Source: an uncultured Staphylococcaceae bacterium
Lineage (GTDB): Bacteria > Bacillota_I > Bacilli_A > RFN20 > CAG-826
Reading direction: 5' to 3'
Length of the DNA stretch: 42,500 nucleotides
NCBI GenBank assembly: GCA_964395495.1
Contig: CAYNBG010000001.1
Span: 1 to 42,500 of the forward strand
The notes under the pieces were generated by a model that made no database searches, was not told the DNA's origin, and saw nothing but the letters and a program-made list of their open reading frames with translations. Below, piece after piece: positions 9,055 through 20,425 of the stretch. The translations under genes were made by a program, and so were the position numbers. Numbering within the stretch: the stretch's first letter is position 1; every line of letters begins with the position of its first letter.

Positions 9055-9444
9055 TTAACCTCTTGGGCGTTTTGGTGGACGGCATCCGTTATGAGGAATT
9101 GGGGTTGTATCAACGATTGATGTAATTTGTAATCCTGCTGTAGCTAAAGCTCTTACAGCGCTTTCTCTACCAGCTCCTGGACCCTTAACATCGACATCAA
9201 CAGTTTTAATACCTTGATCAAGAGCAGCTTTTGCACAAGCTTCAGCAGCTTCTTGTGCAGCAAATGGTGTACTCTTTTTAGCACCCTTAAATCCTAATAC
9301 ACCTGAACTACTCCAAGCGATAGCATTACCTTGTTCGTCTGTAATAGTTACGATTGTATTGTTAAATGTTGCGTGAATATGAGCAACACCCTTTGTATAT
9401 GATCTCTTGATTTTCTTTTTACGGGTAGTTTGTTTTTGAGCCAT
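9055..9444 (-). CDS. rpsK: 30S ribosomal protein S11
   Basis: [18 protein letters not shown] ... [12 protein letters not shown]. Confidence 0.97.
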   Translation of the reverse strand: MAQKQTTRKKKIKRSYTKGVAHIHATFNNTIVTITDEQGNAIAWSSSGVLGFKGAKKSTPFAAQEAAEACAKAALDQGIKTVDVDVKGPGAGRESAVRALATAGLQITSIVDTTPIPHNGCRPPKRPRG

Positions 9445-9462
9445 TTTATTCTACCTCCTTAA

Positions 9463-9837
9463 TTACTTAACAGCTTCTTTCTTATTCGCAATAGTCTTTC
9501 TTGGACCTTTACGAGTTCTAGCGTTAGTTTTTGTTCTTTGACCTCTGACTGGTAAACCTCTTCTATGTCTAATGCCTCTATAGCATCCGATTTCTTGAAG
9601 ACGTTTGATGTTTAACATGACTTCTCTTCTTAAATCACCTTCAACTTTATGTTGAGCGATACCAGCTCTAATCTTAGTTAATTCTTCTTCAGTTAAATCC
9701 TTAACTCTTTTGCCTTCATCAATTCCAGCATCTTTTAAAATCTTTTTACTTGTTGTATGACCAATACCATAAATGTAAGTTAAAGCAACAACTACAACTT
9801 TATCGTTTGGGATATCAACACCGACAATACGTGCCAT
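9463..9837 (-). CDS. rpsM: 30S ribosomal protein S13
   Basis: [10 protein letters not shown] ... [26 protein letters not shown]. Confidence 0.97.
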   Translation of the reverse strand: MARIVGVDIPNDKVVVVALTYIYGIGHTTSKKILKDAGIDEGKRVKDLTEEELTKIRAGIAQHKVEGDLRREVMLNIKRLQEIGCYRGIRHRRGLPVRGQRTKTNARTRKGPRKTIANKKEAVK

Positions 9838-9857
9838 TTATAATTTCCTCCTAAAAA

Positions 9858-9971
9858 TTAACCTTGTCTTTGTTTGTGCTTAGGGTTTGAACAAATGACC
9901 ATGACTTTACCATGTCTTTTAATAACCTTGCACTTATCACAAATTGGTTTTACTGAGGGTCTTACTTTCAT
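9858..9971 (-). CDS. rpmJ: 50S ribosomal protein L36 (zinc-type)
   Basis: Not in the ORF track because it is under 60 aa. My hand translation of the minus strand gives [37 protein letters not shown] followed by a stop. It sits in the canonical slot between infA and rpsM. Confidence 0.93.
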   Translation of the reverse strand: MKVRPSVKPICDKCKVIKRHGKVMVICSNPKHKQRQG

Positions 9972-9990
9972 AAATCTTCCTCCTAATAAA

Positions 9991-10209
9991 TTACTTATGT
10001 CTAAAGACGATTCTGCCATTGTTTAAATCATAAGGTGATAATTCGACTGTAACTCTATCTCCTGGAAGAATTCTAATATAATGCATTCTAATTTTTCCTG
10101 AAATAGTGGCATGAATTACAACATCGTTTTCAAGCTTTACCTTAAAATTGCAATTAGGTAAAGTTTCAACAACTACCGCCTCGACGGTTATTACATCTTG
10201 TTTTGCCAT
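9991..10209 (-). CDS. infA: translation initiation factor IF-1
   Basis: 72 aa. [19 protein letters not shown] ... [16 protein letters not shown]. The start overlaps the map stop (TAATG). Confidence 0.96.
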   Translation of the reverse strand: MAKQDVITVEAVVVETLPNCNFKVKLENDVVIHATISGKIRMHYIRILPGDRVTVELSPYDLNNGRIVFRHK

Positions 10210-10979
10210 TAAATATTTTCTTCTCCTTCATCTAAAGTAATAATTTCATAGCCAGCTTTTGTAACTACGACCGTATTTTCGTAGTGTGCGCTGAGTTTTC
10301 CATCCTTAGTTCTTGTTGTCCAACCATCTTTATCAACAACAAGATCGACGCTACCTTCGTTAAACATTGGTTCAATAGCGATTGTCATACCTTCTTTTAA
10401 GACAGGGCCATCATTAACATTTCCAACGTTAGGAACATATGGATCTTCGTGCATTTCACGTCCAATTCCATGTCCTGTAAACTCTTGGGTAACAGTGTAA
10501 CCATTATTTTTTGCAGTCATCTCAATAGCATGAGAGACATCTCCAAGGTGGATACCAGGTCGTATAAGTTTAACACCATTAAAGAAAGCTTGTTTTGTTG
10601 TTTCTACTAACTTTAATGCCTCTTCTGAAACTTTTCCAACCGGATACGTTCTACATGCATCTGCCATATAACCATGTTTTTCAACAACAACATCATAAGA
10701 TACGATGTCACCTTCCTTAAGAATAATAGCTCTACTAGGAATACCATGAACTAAAACATCGTTAACAGAGATACAAATATTTCCAGGGAAACCTCCATAA
10801 CCTTTGCAAGAAGGGATACCACCATTCATCGTGATGTAGCTTTTTGCAATTTTATCGAGTTCAAATGTGGAAATACCGGGTTTTGTATGGGCTTTTAAAA
10901 CTTTAAAAAGTCCAATGATTACTTTTCCCGCTTCCTTCATTAAAGCAATTTCGCGGGGTGATTTTAAAATGATATGCAT
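10209..10979 (-). CDS. map: type I methionine aminopeptidase
   Basis: 256 aa. Metal-ligand contexts [33 protein letters not shown]. Confidence 0.95.
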   Translation of the reverse strand: MHIILKSPREIALMKEAGKVIIGLFKVLKAHTKPGISTFELDKIAKSYITMNGGIPSCKGYGGFPGNICISVNDVLVHGIPSRAIILKEGDIVSYDVVVEKHGYMADACRTYPVGKVSEEALKLVETTKQAFFNGVKLIRPGIHLGDVSHAIEMTAKNNGYTVTQEFTGHGIGREMHEDPYVPNVGNVNDGPVLKEGMTIAIEPMFNEGSVDLVVDKDGWTTRTKDGKLSAHYENTVVVTKAGYEIITLDEGEENI

Positions 10980-10984
10980 TTTAA

Positions 10985-11635
10985 CTATTCACCCTTTAAA
11001 ATTTCTCTAATATCATTGAATAATTCATCAAGTGGTTTGCTTCCAACAACATCATGAAGCACACTTAAATTTTTATAATATTCAATGAGTGGTTCAGTTT
11101 GAAGATGATATTCATGAAGTCTACTCTTTAAAGTTTCTTCATTATCATCTTTTCTTTGATATAAATCTCCACCACATAAATCACACTTGCCTTCAACTTT
11201 TGGTTTCATGTTTTTAATGTGATATGGAGCACCACAAGTCTTACAAACTCTTCTGCCGCTTATTCTATCAATTAAGATAGATTCATCGACAACAAGATTT
11301 ATAACATAATTAACTGGTCTACTGATTTCTTTTCCTAATGCACTCAAAGCTTCGGCTTGAGCAACATTTCTAGGAAATCCATCAAGTAAATAACCATTTT
11401 TACAATCATCTTGAGAAAGTCTTTCTTTGACAAGTCCAATTGTAACTTCATCAGGAACTAAAAGTCCCTTATTGATATAACTAGAAGCAAGTTCTCCTAA
11501 TGGAGTTTTATTTTTAATTGCTTCTCTAAACATATCTCCTGTTGATATGTGAGGAATCTTATACTCACTTGCGATTCTTTTTGCGTTAGTTCCTTTACCT
11601 GCTCCAGGAGGACCCATTAAAATAATCGATAACAT
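10985..11635 (-). CDS. adk: adenylate kinase (zinc-lid type)
   Basis: P-loop GPPGAGKGT, LDGFPR, lid CKTCG...CDLCGG. Confidence 0.96.
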   Translation of the reverse strand: MLSIILMGPPGAGKGTNAKRIASEYKIPHISTGDMFREAIKNKTPLGELASSYINKGLLVPDEVTIGLVKERLSQDDCKNGYLLDGFPRNVAQAEALSALGKEISRPVNYVINLVVDESILIDRISGRRVCKTCGAPYHIKNMKPKVEGKCDLCGGDLYQRKDDNEETLKSRLHEYHLQTEPLIEYYKNLSVLHDVVGSKPLDELFNDIREILKGE

Positions 11636-11638
11636 AGT

Positions 11639-12988
11639 CTACATACCTCCAATAACTTCATCATAACTCTTACCTGCGATTAAACCGCTCATTTGGTTAT
11701 TAAGCTCTAAAGCAACACCAACAACGATAATTAATCCAGTACCACCAAGTGCTAAGTTGGAATCACTTCCAAATACACCACTTAATGTTAATACAACTGG
11801 TAAAGCGCTAATAGCAACAAGCGCAATAGCACCAATAAGAGTAATTCTGTTTAATACTTTTCTTACATACTTCTCAGTTTCAACACCAGGTCTAACTCCA
11901 GGAATATAACTTCCATTTTTTTGGAAATTTTCAGCAAGAGCTGATGGGTTGATTTGAAGATTTGCGTAGAAAAATGTAAAGACAAATATAAGTACAAGAT
12001 AGATTATTAAGCCCCAAGGCATCATAACTCCACCTGTATTATATAATTTGTTATACGTAAATATATTAAGCCACTCAGCATTAGCAGCATCACTAGAAAT
12101 AAATGATGCTATAACACTAGGAGCCATTAAGATTGATGATGCAAAGATAACAGGAATAACACCAGCACTATTAATCTTAATAGGTAAGAAGCTTGCTTTT
12201 GATAATTTTTCACTTCCGCCACTACGAGTTGCGTGTTGAACAGGAATCTTACGTTTACTTAATTCGATAAAGACAACAAAAGCAATAATTAATGCATAAG
12301 CAAGAATATATGCTATAAAGGTGAATACACCTTTAGTTGCTTCAACTGAATTTTGAGTTGCAGTTCCTGAAATAACCCATTTAGTAAAAGCTGTAGAAAT
12401 TTGGCTAGGAAGAGAAGAGATAATACCTGCAAAAATAATGACAGATATACCATTTCCTAATCCTTTTGATGTGATTTGATCACCAAGCCACATAACTAAC
12501 ATACTTCCACCAACAAGGATAGAAACTACATATGCGTAAGTTAAGAATGTATCATCAAGAGTGAAACTGATCCAATCAGTTGTTTTTGCGGTTTGAATAA
12601 TACCATAAGCTTGAACAGCTGCTAACATAAGTGTTAAATATCTAGTAGCCATTTCAGTCTTTTTTCTACCATATTGACCTTGCTTATTTAATTCAGATAA
12701 GGCAGGAAGAACATCCATACCTAATAATTGAATAATAATTTGAGCCGTAATATATGGAGATACACCTAATGCGAAGATGGAGAAGTTTTGAAGTGCTCCA
12801 CCTCCTAATAGGTTCATAAGTGATAAAATATTATTACTACCGTTTGAAAGTTCGCTCGTAAGTTTACTTGCATCGATTCCTGGGCAAGTAATGTTACAAC
12901 CAATTCTAAAAACAAATAAAATTGCAATCGTAAAGAATATACGTGTAACAACCTCTTTGTTTTTAAAAATAGATACGAGTTTCTTCAT
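11639..12988 (-). CDS. secY: preprotein translocase subunit SecY
   Basis: 449-aa polytopic membrane protein. FALGVSPYITAQIIIQLL. Canonical position between rplO and adk. Confidence 0.96.
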   Translation of the reverse strand: MKKLVSIFKNKEVVTRIFFTIAILFVFRIGCNITCPGIDASKLTSELSNGSNNILSLMNLLGGGALQNFSIFALGVSPYITAQIIIQLLGMDVLPALSELNKQGQYGRKKTEMATRYLTLMLAAVQAYGIIQTAKTTDWISFTLDDTFLTYAYVVSILVGGSMLVMWLGDQITSKGLGNGISVIIFAGIISSLPSQISTAFTKWVISGTATQNSVEATKGVFTFIAYILAYALIIAFVVFIELSKRKIPVQHATRSGGSEKLSKASFLPIKINSAGVIPVIFASSILMAPSVIASFISSDAANAEWLNIFTYNKLYNTGGVMMPWGLIIYLVLIFVFTFFYANLQINPSALAENFQKNGSYIPGVRPGVETEKYVRKVLNRITLIGAIALVAISALPVVLTLSGVFGSDSNLALGGTGLIIVVGVALELNNQMSGLIAGKSYDEVIGGM

Positions 12989-13041
12989 ACAATTGATAAT
13001 TTTATACTATTTATTTATTTTCAACAATAGAATAAATGTAA

Positions 13042-13479
13042 CTATTCAACAATTGCTTCTCCGCCAGCTTTTTCAATAGCTTCTTTAGCACTAGCTGAGA
13101 ATTTTTTAGCAGTAACTTTAAGTTTTTTAGTTAATGTTCCATTACCTAAAACCTTTAAGCCACCTAATTCTTTATCGATATAACCTGCTGAAACTAAAAC
13201 TGTTAAGTTAACTTCAGCACCATTATCGAATGTATCTAAGACATCAAGATTAACAACAGCATATTTTACTGTATTAACATTATTGAAGCCTCTTTTTGGT
13301 AATCTACGATATAAAGGTAATTGTCCACCTTCAAATCCAAGTCTTACTTTACCAGTTCCTCTTGAATTTTGACCTTTGTTTCCGCTTCCACCGTTTTTAC
13401 CGATTCCGCTTCCTAAACCTCTACATCTTCTTTTATTTTCTTTTCTACTTCCTTCAGTAGGTTTGAGATTATTTAACAT
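13042..13479 (-). CDS. rplO: 50S ribosomal protein L15
   Basis: [34 protein letters not shown]. Confidence 0.96.
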   Translation of the reverse strand: MLNNLKPTEGSRKENKRRCRGLGSGIGKNGGSGNKGQNSRGTGKVRLGFEGGQLPLYRRLPKRGFNNVNTVKYAVVNLDVLDTFDNGAEVNLTVLVSAGYIDKELGGLKVLGNGTLTKKLKVTAKKFSASAKEAIEKAGGEAIVE

Positions 13480-14092
13480 CTGTAGTACCTCCCTTTCTTA
13501 AAGTAGCGACATCTTTATAATTCTTTAATGACTTTAATGCAGCGTTTGTTGCTCTAATAATGTTAATTGGAGTTCTTGATCCATAAACTTTACTATAAAC
13601 GTTTTTAACACCGCCAAGTTCAAGAATAGCTCTGACAGGACCACCTGCGATAATTCCAGTACCTTCAGGAGCTGGTTTTAAGAAGACTCTAGTAGCTCCA
13701 AATACTCCGATAACATCATGAGTAATTGTTCCGCCTTTAGCCATCTTAATGACTGTAACATTCTTTTTAGCTTTATCAACAGCCTTTTTAATTGCATCTG
13801 GGACTTCGCCACTCTTTCCAGTAGCAAATCCATATCTGCCTTTTCCATCACCAACGACGACTAAAGCAGCAAATTTCATTCTTTTACCACCTTTAACGAC
13901 CTTAGTAACTCTATTTAATGCAACAACTCTTTCTTCAAATTCTTTAGGAGCATCTTTCTTTGAAGGTCTTTGGAAATTTTTCTTTCCACCTTTTTTGAAA
14001 GGTTTTTTAGTTGCAGGAGTTTGTTCTCCTTCTTTTTTAACTTCTGGTTGAGCTGTTTCAGTAGAAACTGTGTTTACTTTATTTTCTTCCAT
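13469..14092 (-). CDS. rpsE: 30S ribosomal protein S5 with an N-terminal extension of about 50 aa
   Basis: Core [31 protein letters not shown]. Preceded by a Lys/Glu/Pro-rich extension. Overlaps the rplO start by 11 nt. Confidence 0.95.
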   Translation of the reverse strand: MEENKVNTVSTETAQPEVKKEGEQTPATKKPFKKGGKKNFQRPSKKDAPKEFEERVVALNRVTKVVKGGKRMKFAALVVVGDGKGRYGFATGKSGEVPDAIKKAVDKAKKNVTVIKMAKGGTITHDVIGVFGATRVFLKPAPEGTGIIAGGPVRAILELGGVKNVYSKVYGSRTPINIIRATNAALKSLKNYKDVATLRKGGTTDVK

Positions 14093-14104
14093 ACTATTCT
14101 CCTA

Positions 14105-14461
14105 TTAGAATTTAAGTCCGCCTTCACGAGCAGCATTAGCTAAAGCTTCAACACGTCCGTGATAAATGTAGCCACCTCTATCGAAAACTACTTTTTCGAT
14201 ACCTTTAGCTAAACATTTTTTAGCGATATCTTCACCAACTAATTTAGCACCTTCAACATTGTTTCCGTTTGCTAATTTAAGTTGTTCGCTGCTTGATGCA
14301 ACTAAAGTAACTTTCTTTACATCATCGATAACTTGAGCTTCGATATTTTTGTTACTTCTAAAGACACATAAACGAGGACATTCAGCTGTACCACTAATTT
14401 TAGCTCTAACTCTAGCATGTTTTCTAACTCTTACGCTATTTTTACTAACCATTTTAATCAT
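14105..14461 (-). CDS. rplR: 50S ribosomal protein L18
   Basis: [35 protein letters not shown] ... [26 protein letters not shown]. Confidence 0.96.
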   Translation of the reverse strand: MIKMVSKNSVRVRKHARVRAKISGTAECPRLCVFRSNKNIEAQVIDDVKKVTLVASSSEQLKLANGNNVEGAKLVGEDIAKKCLAKGIEKVVFDRGGYIYHGRVEALANAAREGGLKF

Positions 14462-14478
14462 ACTAACCTATCTCCTTT

Positions 14479-15045
14479 CTATTTGCCTGCACCAGCACGT
14501 TTACCTTCCTTACGAAGTATGTATTCACCTCTATAACGAATACCCTTTCCTAAGTATGGTTCTGGTCTCTTAGCATCATGTATTAAAGCTGCAGTTTGAC
14601 CGACTTTAAATTTATCGCTTCCGCTAACTTCAACAGTAGATGTAACATCTTTATTTTTACTTTCAACAACAGCAATTGTAACTCCTGGAAGTGGGCTAAC
14701 TACTGTTGGTTCAACGTGTCCAACATAGAGAACAACATCTTTGCCTCTCATTTCAGCTCTATAACCGATACCGATGATATCAAGAGTTTTCTTGAAACCT
14801 TCGTGGCATCCGATGATAGCGTTATTGATTAAGGCTCTTGTTGTACCATGAAGTTGTTTTGTATGCTTAAGTTCATTTTTTCTTGTAACATGAACATGGC
14901 CATCTTTAACTTCAACGCCAATAAGTGTTGGATCAAATTTAATTGTATCTTCTCCTTTAGGACCTTTAATATCAACAAGTCCTTCAGAGACTGTAACTGT
15001 AACTCCGTCGACAAGTGGGATAAGTTTATTACCAATACGTGACAT
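14479..15045 (-). CDS. rplF: 50S ribosomal protein L6
   Basis: MSRIGNKLIPL ... EPYLGKGIRYRGEYILRKEGK. Confidence 0.96.
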   Translation of the reverse strand: MSRIGNKLIPLVDGVTVTVSEGLVDIKGPKGEDTIKFDPTLIGVEVKDGHVHVTRKNELKHTKQLHGTTRALINNAIIGCHEGFKKTLDIIGIGYRAEMRGKDVVLYVGHVEPTVVSPLPGVTIAVVESKNKDVTSTVEVSGSDKFKVGQTAALIHDAKRPEPYLGKGIRYRGEYILRKEGKRAGAGK

Positions 15046-15062
15046 ATTCTAAACCCTCCTAA

Positions 15063-15461
15063 TTACCAAACGTAGCAGATTACTTCACCACCGACATTAG
15101 CTTGTCTACAAGCTTTGTCTGTAAGTAATCCTTTACTTGTTGAGATAATAGCAATTCCTAATCCTCTTAATACTGAAGGGATATGTTTGCTATCAGCTGT
15201 AACTCTAAGACCTGGCTTAGAGATTCTTTTAAGTCCAGTGATGACTCTTTCACCATTTGAACCATATTTTAATTCGATTTCAAGAGTTTTCTTTCCATCT
15301 TTATCTTTTGTTTCTTTAAAATTGTTGATGAATCCTTCACTAAGAAGAATTGTAGCAATTCCAACCTTCATTTTACTAGAAGGCATACTGACTTTTTCGT
15401 GATTTAACGCATTAGCATTTCTAATACGTGTAAGCATATCTGCAATTGGATCTTGATGCAT
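15063..15461 (-). CDS. rpsH: 30S ribosomal protein S8
   Basis: [13 protein letters not shown] ... GGEVICYVW. Confidence 0.97.
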   Translation of the reverse strand: MHQDPIADMLTRIRNANALNHEKVSMPSSKMKVGIATILLSEGFINNFKETKDKDGKKTLEIELKYGSNGERVITGLKRISKPGLRVTADSKHIPSVLRGLGIAIISTSKGLLTDKACRQANVGGEVICYVW

Positions 15462-15478
15462 AGTATTCCCTCCTTATA

Positions 15479-15664
15479 TTACCATGAAGATTTTTTAAGT
15501 CCTGGAATTTCGCCTTTATAAGCTAATTCTCTAAGACAAATTCTACATAATCCGAATTTTGAGTAGACGCTATGAGGACGTCCACATCTTTTACAACGTG
15601 TATATTCTCTGACTTTAAATTTTTGAGGTCTTGATTGTTTGACCTTTAAACTTGTTTTTGCCAT
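15479..15664 (-). CDS. rpsN: 30S ribosomal protein S14, type Z (zinc-binding, 61 aa)
   Basis: [20 protein letters not shown] ... PGLKKSSW. Confidence 0.96.
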   Translation of the reverse strand: MAKTSLKVKQSRPQKFKVREYTRCKRCGRPHSVYSKFGLCRICLRELAYKGEIPGLKKSSW

Positions 15665-15679
15665 ACCTTATCCTCCTAA

Positions 15680-16297
15680 TTATCTACTGAATGGCATGCC
15701 TAACTCTTTTAAAAGAGCATAAGCTTCTTCATCACTGTTAGCTGTTGTAACAATAACGATATCCATTCCTCTAACTTTATTAACTTTATCATAGTTGATT
15801 TCTGGGAAAATTAATTGTTCTTTAATACCTAAAGTATAATTTCCTCTTCCATCAAAACTATTCTTGCTAACACCTCTAAAGTCTCTAACTCTTGGAAGTG
15901 AAATACTTACAAGTTTATCGAAGAATTCATACATTCTGATTCCTCTAAGAGTAACTTTAACACCAATTGGTTCACCTTCTCTTAATTTGAAGGAAGCAAT
16001 TGATTTCTTAGCTTTTGTAACGATTGGTTTTTGACCAGTGATCATGCTAATTTCTTCTACGACTTCATCGATTCTCTTTTTATCTTCGATAGCATCACCA
16101 ACACCGACGTTAACGACGATTTTATCAAGATGTGGTACTTGCATTACAGATTTATATTCGAACTTCTTCATTAATGTATCTTTAATGGAGTCATTGTATT
16201 TATCGAGTAATCTGTTGCTGTTTGTAGCTTTTTTGTTTTCGCCACCTTTACTAGAAGTTGCAGCTTTCTTAGCTGTAGTTTTCTTTGTTTCTGCCAT
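15680..16297 (-). CDS. rplE: 50S ribosomal protein L5 with an N-terminal Lys/Ala-rich extension of about 27 aa
   Basis: Core [12 protein letters not shown]...[14 protein letters not shown] ... [10 protein letters not shown]. Confidence 0.95.
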   Translation of the reverse strand: MAETKKTTAKKAATSSKGGENKKATNSNRLLDKYNDSIKDTLMKKFEYKSVMQVPHLDKIVVNVGVGDAIEDKKRIDEVVEEISMITGQKPIVTKAKKSIASFKLREGEPIGVKVTLRGIRMYEFFDKLVSISLPRVRDFRGVSKNSFDGRGNYTLGIKEQLIFPEINYDKVNKVRGMDIVIVTTANSDEEAYALLKELGMPFSR

Positions 16298-16308
16298 ACC
16301 TTTCTCCT

Positions 16309-16620
16309 TTATTTAATTTCTTTGTTAGTCTTTTTATTGACTCTTACTTTGTTTCCGTCTTTATCAAGTTTATAACCTAATTTAACGCCTTTTTTACTCT
16401 TTTCATCGTAATATGCAACTTTACTTGCATCGAGTGGAGCATAAATTTCAATAACTCCACCTTTTGGGTTAGCTTGTGTAGGTTTTTGACTCTTTTTATG
16501 AACGTTAACACCATCGACAACAACTTTATTTTCGCTTGGAAGAGCTTTTTGAATTGTTCCAACTTTGCCCTTATCTTTTCCAGAAATAACGATTACTTTA
16601 TCACCTTTTTTAAGTTTCAT
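16309..16620 (-). CDS. rplX: 50S ribosomal protein L24
   Basis: [21 protein letters not shown] (KOW motif). Conserved position. Confidence 0.95.
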   Translation of the reverse strand: MKLKKGDKVIVISGKDKGKVGTIQKALPSENKVVVDGVNVHKKSQKPTQANPKGGVIEIYAPLDASKVAYYDEKSKKGVKLGYKLDKDGNKVRVNKKTNKEIK

Positions 16621-16634
16621 CTTTCATTTCCTCC

Positions 16635-17009
16635 TTATAAGACTTCTGGGGCAAGTGAGATAATCTTCATAAATGTCTCGCCCTTTTCACGTAATTCTCT
16701 AGCGACAGGTCCGAATACACGGCTTCCGACTGGAGACTTATCTTCATTAATAATTACACAAGCATTGTCGTCAAATCTAATTGAAGAACCATCTTTTCTT
16801 TGAATAGGATAGCTAGTTCTAACAATAACAGCTTTAACAACTTGACTCTTTTTAACTTTTCCATTTGGGATAGCATCTTTGACTGCGCAAAGAACGATAT
16901 CACCAACTGAACAAGATTTTCTATGGCTACCGCCATAAATTTTGAATACTCTTACTGAACGTGCACCAGAGTTATCAGCGACTACTAAATTTGTTTCTGT
17001 TTGTATCAT
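16635..17009 (-). CDS. rplN: 50S ribosomal protein L14
   Basis: [17 protein letters not shown] ... [12 protein letters not shown] ... GPVARELR. Confidence 0.97.
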   Translation of the reverse strand: MIQTETNLVVADNSGARSVRVFKIYGGSHRKSCSVGDIVLCAVKDAIPNGKVKKSQVVKAVIVRTSYPIQRKDGSSIRFDDNACVIINEDKSPVGSRVFGPVARELREKGETFMKIISLAPEVL

Positions 17010-17011
17010 AA

Positions 17012-17347
17012 CTATTTAGCCTCCTTTGCTTCATCTGCTGGAGCTTCTTCTTCATGAAGAGCTTCTTTAACTGCTTCTTCTTCAAGAACTTTAATCTTGA
17101 CTAAAGCTTTCTTATCAACACTTTCAAGCATGAATCTTTTTGTTGCGGATAATGGTCTACATTCTACGATTGTAACTGTATCACCAACATTAGCAACATT
17201 CTTTTCATCATGTGCATAGTATGTATGTCTTTTTTCAACTCTCTTCTTATAAAGAGGATGTTTTTTATAAGGAAGAGTTTGAACTTTGATAGTTTTATCA
17301 TTGTTATTTGAAACGACAACACCTTGAATTCTTTTCTTGTGGTCCAT
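17012..17347 (-). CDS. rpsQ: 30S ribosomal protein S17 with an acidic C-terminal extension
   Basis: [15 protein letters not shown]...HPLYKKRV...YYAHDE...[18 protein letters not shown]. Confidence 0.95.
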   Translation of the reverse strand: MDHKKRIQGVVVSNNNDKTIKVQTLPYKKHPLYKKRVEKRHTYYAHDEKNVANVGDTVTIVECRPLSATKRFMLESVDKKALVKIKVLEEEAVKEALHEEEAPADEAKEAK

Positions 17348-17361
17348 AATCTTTCTCCTTA

Positions 17362-17559
17362 TTATTTAACACCAAGTTCTCTTTCTTTAAGAACTGTGTA
17401 GCATCTTGCGATGTCTTTTCTTACTCTTTTAATTTCGCTTAAGTTTTCAAGTTGGCCAACTGCTTTCTTTCTTCTTAAGTTGTAGAGTTGTTCTTTGAGT
17501 GAATAAATTTGAGCATTTAATTCTTCATTGCTCTTTGCTTTAATATCAGCAATCTTCAT
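17362..17559 (-). CDS. rpmC: 50S ribosomal protein L29
   Basis: 65 aa. [27 protein letters not shown]. Position between rplP and rpsQ. Confidence 0.94.
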   Translation of the reverse strand: MKIADIKAKSNEELNAQIYSLKEQLYNLRRKKAVGQLENLSEIKRVRKDIARCYTVLKERELGVK

Positions 17560-17561
17560 AT

Positions 17562-17984
17562 TTATTTACCCTCCTTATTAACTCTTTTTACGATTCTAGT
17601 TGAAACGTTTAATTTGTAACTAGCTTGTTTAAGAGCTTCCATTGCATCAGCTTCACTAATTCCGCCGATTTCAAACATAACTCTATTCTTTTTAACAACT
17701 GCGACCCAGTATTCAGGATTACCTTTACCAGAACCCATACGGACTTCAGCAGGTTTTTTAGTTTTTGCCATTTGTGGGAAAATTCTAATCCAAACTTTTC
17801 CACCTTTTTTGGTGTATCTACTTAAGACGACACGGCAAGCTTCGATTTGTCTATCACTAACCCAGTTTCCACTAGTAGCTTGAAGACCATATTCACCAAA
17901 ACTTACTTCGTTACCACCTTTACTAAGTCCTTCATATCTAATAATATGAGGTCTTCTATATTTAACTCTCTTTGGTTGTAACAT
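17562..17984 (-). CDS. rplP: 50S ribosomal protein L16
   Basis: [13 protein letters not shown] ... [17 protein letters not shown]. Confidence 0.97.
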   Translation of the reverse strand: MLQPKRVKYRRPHIIRYEGLSKGGNEVSFGEYGLQATSGNWVSDRQIEACRVVLSRYTKKGGKVWIRIFPQMAKTKKPAEVRMGSGKGNPEYWVAVVKKNRVMFEIGGISEADAMEALKQASYKLNVSTRIVKRVNKEGK

Positions 17985-17986
17985 AG

Positions 17987-18679
17987 TTATTCTCCTTTCT
18001 TAGTAGCAGGAGCTGATGATTTTTCATCACCAACTTTTTCACCACGGCAGATCCATACTTTAACACCAAGTTTACCATAAGTTGTCATAGCTTCACTTGA
18101 TGCGTAATCAATATCACTTCTTAAAGTATTAATAGCCATTGTACCTTCTTTATAGCCTTCGCTACGAGCGATATCAGCACCAGCAAGTCTACCACTTACT
18201 TTTGTCTTACAACCCTTAGCGCCAGCTTTTCTAATTTCAGCAAGAGCTTTCTTTTGAACAATTCTAAAGGAAGCACGAGCTTCTAATTGTTGACAAATCT
18301 TTAATGATTCAATCTTAGCATCTAATTGAGGTTGTTTAACTTCAATAACATCTAATTTTAATTCATTTGTTTTGCCAACTACTTTTTGTAAATCTTTCTT
18401 TAATTGGTTAATTGTAGCACCTTCTTGTCCAATTACAGCACCTGGACGTGCAACAAATAACATAACTCTTACAAAGTTACCACCATTGCTTGAGTTCTTT
18501 CTTTCGATTTCAATGTGAGAAAGAAGAGCATCTTTAGGTAATTTTGCTTCAACAAATTTACGAATAGCAATATCGTTATTTAAATATGTTGAATAGTTTT
18601 TCTTATCAGCAAACCATCTAGAGTTCCAGTCTTTATTAAGACCAATTCTCATTCCTACTGGATTAACTTTTTGACCCAT
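17987..18679 (-). CDS. rpsC: 30S ribosomal protein S3
   Basis: [13 protein letters not shown]...W.SRWFA ... [12 protein letters not shown]. Confidence 0.97.
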   Translation of the reverse strand: MGQKVNPVGMRIGLNKDWNSRWFADKKNYSTYLNNDIAIRKFVEAKLPKDALLSHIEIERKNSSNGGNFVRVMLFVARPGAVIGQEGATINQLKKDLQKVVGKTNELKLDVIEVKQPQLDAKIESLKICQQLEARASFRIVQKKALAEIRKAGAKGCKTKVSGRLAGADIARSEGYKEGTMAINTLRSDIDYASSEAMTTYGKLGVKVWICRGEKVGDEKSSAPATKKGE

Positions 18680-18696
18680 AATTTACTTTCCCTCCA

Positions 18697-19224
18697 TTAG
18701 TTTCTTTCTTTAACTGAGACATAAAGATTGCTGAATCTTTTTACCATTCCACTTGCGCTACCTTTAGCACGAGGAAGGAATCTTCTCATTTTTACGGAAT
18801 CGCTTGCCATAATTGAAGCGACATATAATTTGTCTTCATTCATATTGAAGTTGTTAACAGCGTTTGCCATAGCTGATTTGATAACTTTAGCAACCATTGT
18901 AGCAGCTTCTTTATGTGTATTAAATAAGATTTCTAATGCTTCATTACAATTCTTATTTCTTACTAAATCACAAACTAAACGACATTTTCTAGGAGTAACT
19001 TTTAATGTTAATGCACTAGCGTGAGCTTCAGTAACTAATGGTTTTTTAGCTTCAACAACTTCAGCTTTAACCTTTTCAACTTTAGCAGTTTTCTTAGTTG
19101 CTGGTTTTTTAGCTGCAACTTCTTCAGTCTTTTCAGCTTTCTTTGCTACTTTCTTAGCTTTTGGTTCTTTAACTTCAGCTGTTTCTTTCTTAGTAGCTTT
19201 CTTTTTTGTATCTGTAGCCATCAA
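18697..19224 (-). CDS. rplV: 50S ribosomal protein L22 with an N-terminal Lys/Ala/Glu-rich extension of about 64 aa
   Basis: Core AHASALTLKVTPRKCRLVCDLVRNK ... MRRFLPRAKGSASGMVKRFSNLYV. The extension is KKATKKETAEVKEPKAKKVAKKAEK... Confidence 0.95.
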   Translation of the reverse strand: MMATDTKKKATKKETAEVKEPKAKKVAKKAEKTEEVAAKKPATKKTAKVEKVKAEVVEAKKPLVTEAHASALTLKVTPRKCRLVCDLVRNKNCNEALEILFNTHKEAATMVAKVIKSAMANAVNNFNMNEDKLYVASIMASDSVKMRRFLPRAKGSASGMVKRFSNLYVSVKERN

Positions 19225-19233
19225 CTCGTCCTC

Positions 19234-19539
19234 CTATTTATTCTTTGCGGCTGCCATAGCTGCTGCTTTATCTTCAGCATTGTTTCCAAAGTGACCTTTG
19301 AAAGTTCTTGTTGGAGCAAATTCACCAAGCTTATGACCAACCATATCTTCTGTAACATAAACTGTTATAAATGTATGACCATTATAGACAGCAAATGTAT
19401 GTTCAACAAATTCAGGAAATATTGTACTTCTTCTTGACCATGTTTTGATTACAGCTTTTTTGTTGCTAGCATTTAAAGCTTCAACCTTTTTCATTAAGCT
19501 TTCATCGACAAATGGTCCCTTTTTTAAACTACGTGACAT
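19234..19539 (-). CDS. rpsS: 30S ribosomal protein S19
   Basis: [12 protein letters not shown] ... [33 protein letters not shown]. Confidence 0.97.
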   Translation of the reverse strand: MSRSLKKGPFVDESLMKKVEALNASNKKAVIKTWSRRSTIFPEFVEHTFAVYNGHTFITVYVTEDMVGHKLGEFAPTRTFKGHFGNNAEDKAAAMAAAKNK

Positions 19540-19563
19540 ATTTATCTTTCTCCTTTCCTAAAT

Positions 19564-20397
19564 CTATTTATCATTGATTCTTCTAATAATTAATTTAGAA
19601 GAAGCTTTCTTATTCTTACGTGTCTTGACACCAAGAGCTCTCTTACCCCATGGAGTACGTGGAGCATCTCTACCAACAGGACACTTACCTTCACCACCGC
19701 CGTGTGGGTGATCTGGAGGGTTCATAGCACTACCTCTAACTGTTGGTCTAACACCTTTATATCTTGTTTTACCAGCTTTACCTAAGTTAACAAGGTTATA
19801 ATCTTCATTTCCTACAATACCGACTGTAGCTTTACATGTTTCAAGAATCTTTCTTGTTTCACCTGATTGAAGTCTAACGATAACGTATTTGCCTTCATGA
19901 CCAAGGATTTGAGCGCTACAACCAGCTGATCTACATAATTGTCCGCCTCTTTTTGGAGTTAACTCTACGTTATGGATAAATGTACCTTCTGGTATGTTTT
20001 TAAGTAACATTGCATTACCAACAACGATATCACAAGCATCACCGCTAACGATTGTATCGCCAACATTTAATCCTTGTGGTTTGATAATGTAACGTTTTTC
20101 ACCATCAACATAGTGAATTAAGGCAATATTTGCATTTCTGTTTGGATCATATTCGATTGCGAATACTTTTCCTGGGACTCCATCTTTATTTCTCTTGAAA
20201 TCGATGATTCTGTACTTTGTTTTATTGCCTCCTCCGATATGACGGCAAGTAATAACACCTTGATTATTTCTTCCGCCAGATTTTTTAAGTGTGACAACTA
20301 AACTTTTTTCAGGAGTCTTCTTAGTTACTTCTTCATAGCTTAATGAAGCCATTTTTCTTCTTGAAGGAGTATATGGTTTATAAGTTTTTACTGACAT
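19564..20397 (-). CDS. rplB: 50S ribosomal protein L2
   Basis: 277 aa. GGRNNQG.IT.RH.GGG ... [14 protein letters not shown]. Confidence 0.97.
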   Translation of the reverse strand: MSVKTYKPYTPSRRKMASLSYEEVTKKTPEKSLVVTLKKSGGRNNQGVITCRHIGGGNKTKYRIIDFKRNKDGVPGKVFAIEYDPNRNANIALIHYVDGEKRYIIKPQGLNVGDTIVSGDACDIVVGNAMLLKNIPEGTFIHNVELTPKRGGQLCRSAGCSAQILGHEGKYVIVRLQSGETRKILETCKATVGIVGNEDYNLVNLGKAGKTRYKGVRPTVRGSAMNPPDHPHGGGEGKCPVGRDAPRTPWGKRALGVKTRKNKKASSKLIIRRINDK

Positions 20398-20425
20398 TTT
20401 CTTTCTCCTATATATAAGTTCTTAT

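Noticed and set aside
13749-14051. Antisense ORFs in the track opposite conserved genes. Examples: 13749-14051 opposite rpsE, 16474-16803 opposite rplX/rplN, 26151-26519 opposite the YitT gene, 18728-19024 opposite rplV, 6360-6653 opposite the flavoprotein gene, 34966-35253 opposite prfA.
   Set aside because: They lie entirely within strongly supported genes on the other strand. Their products are Ser/Leu/Phe-rich low-complexity sequences typical of shadow frames in AT-rich DNA. They have no SD and no recognisable motifs.
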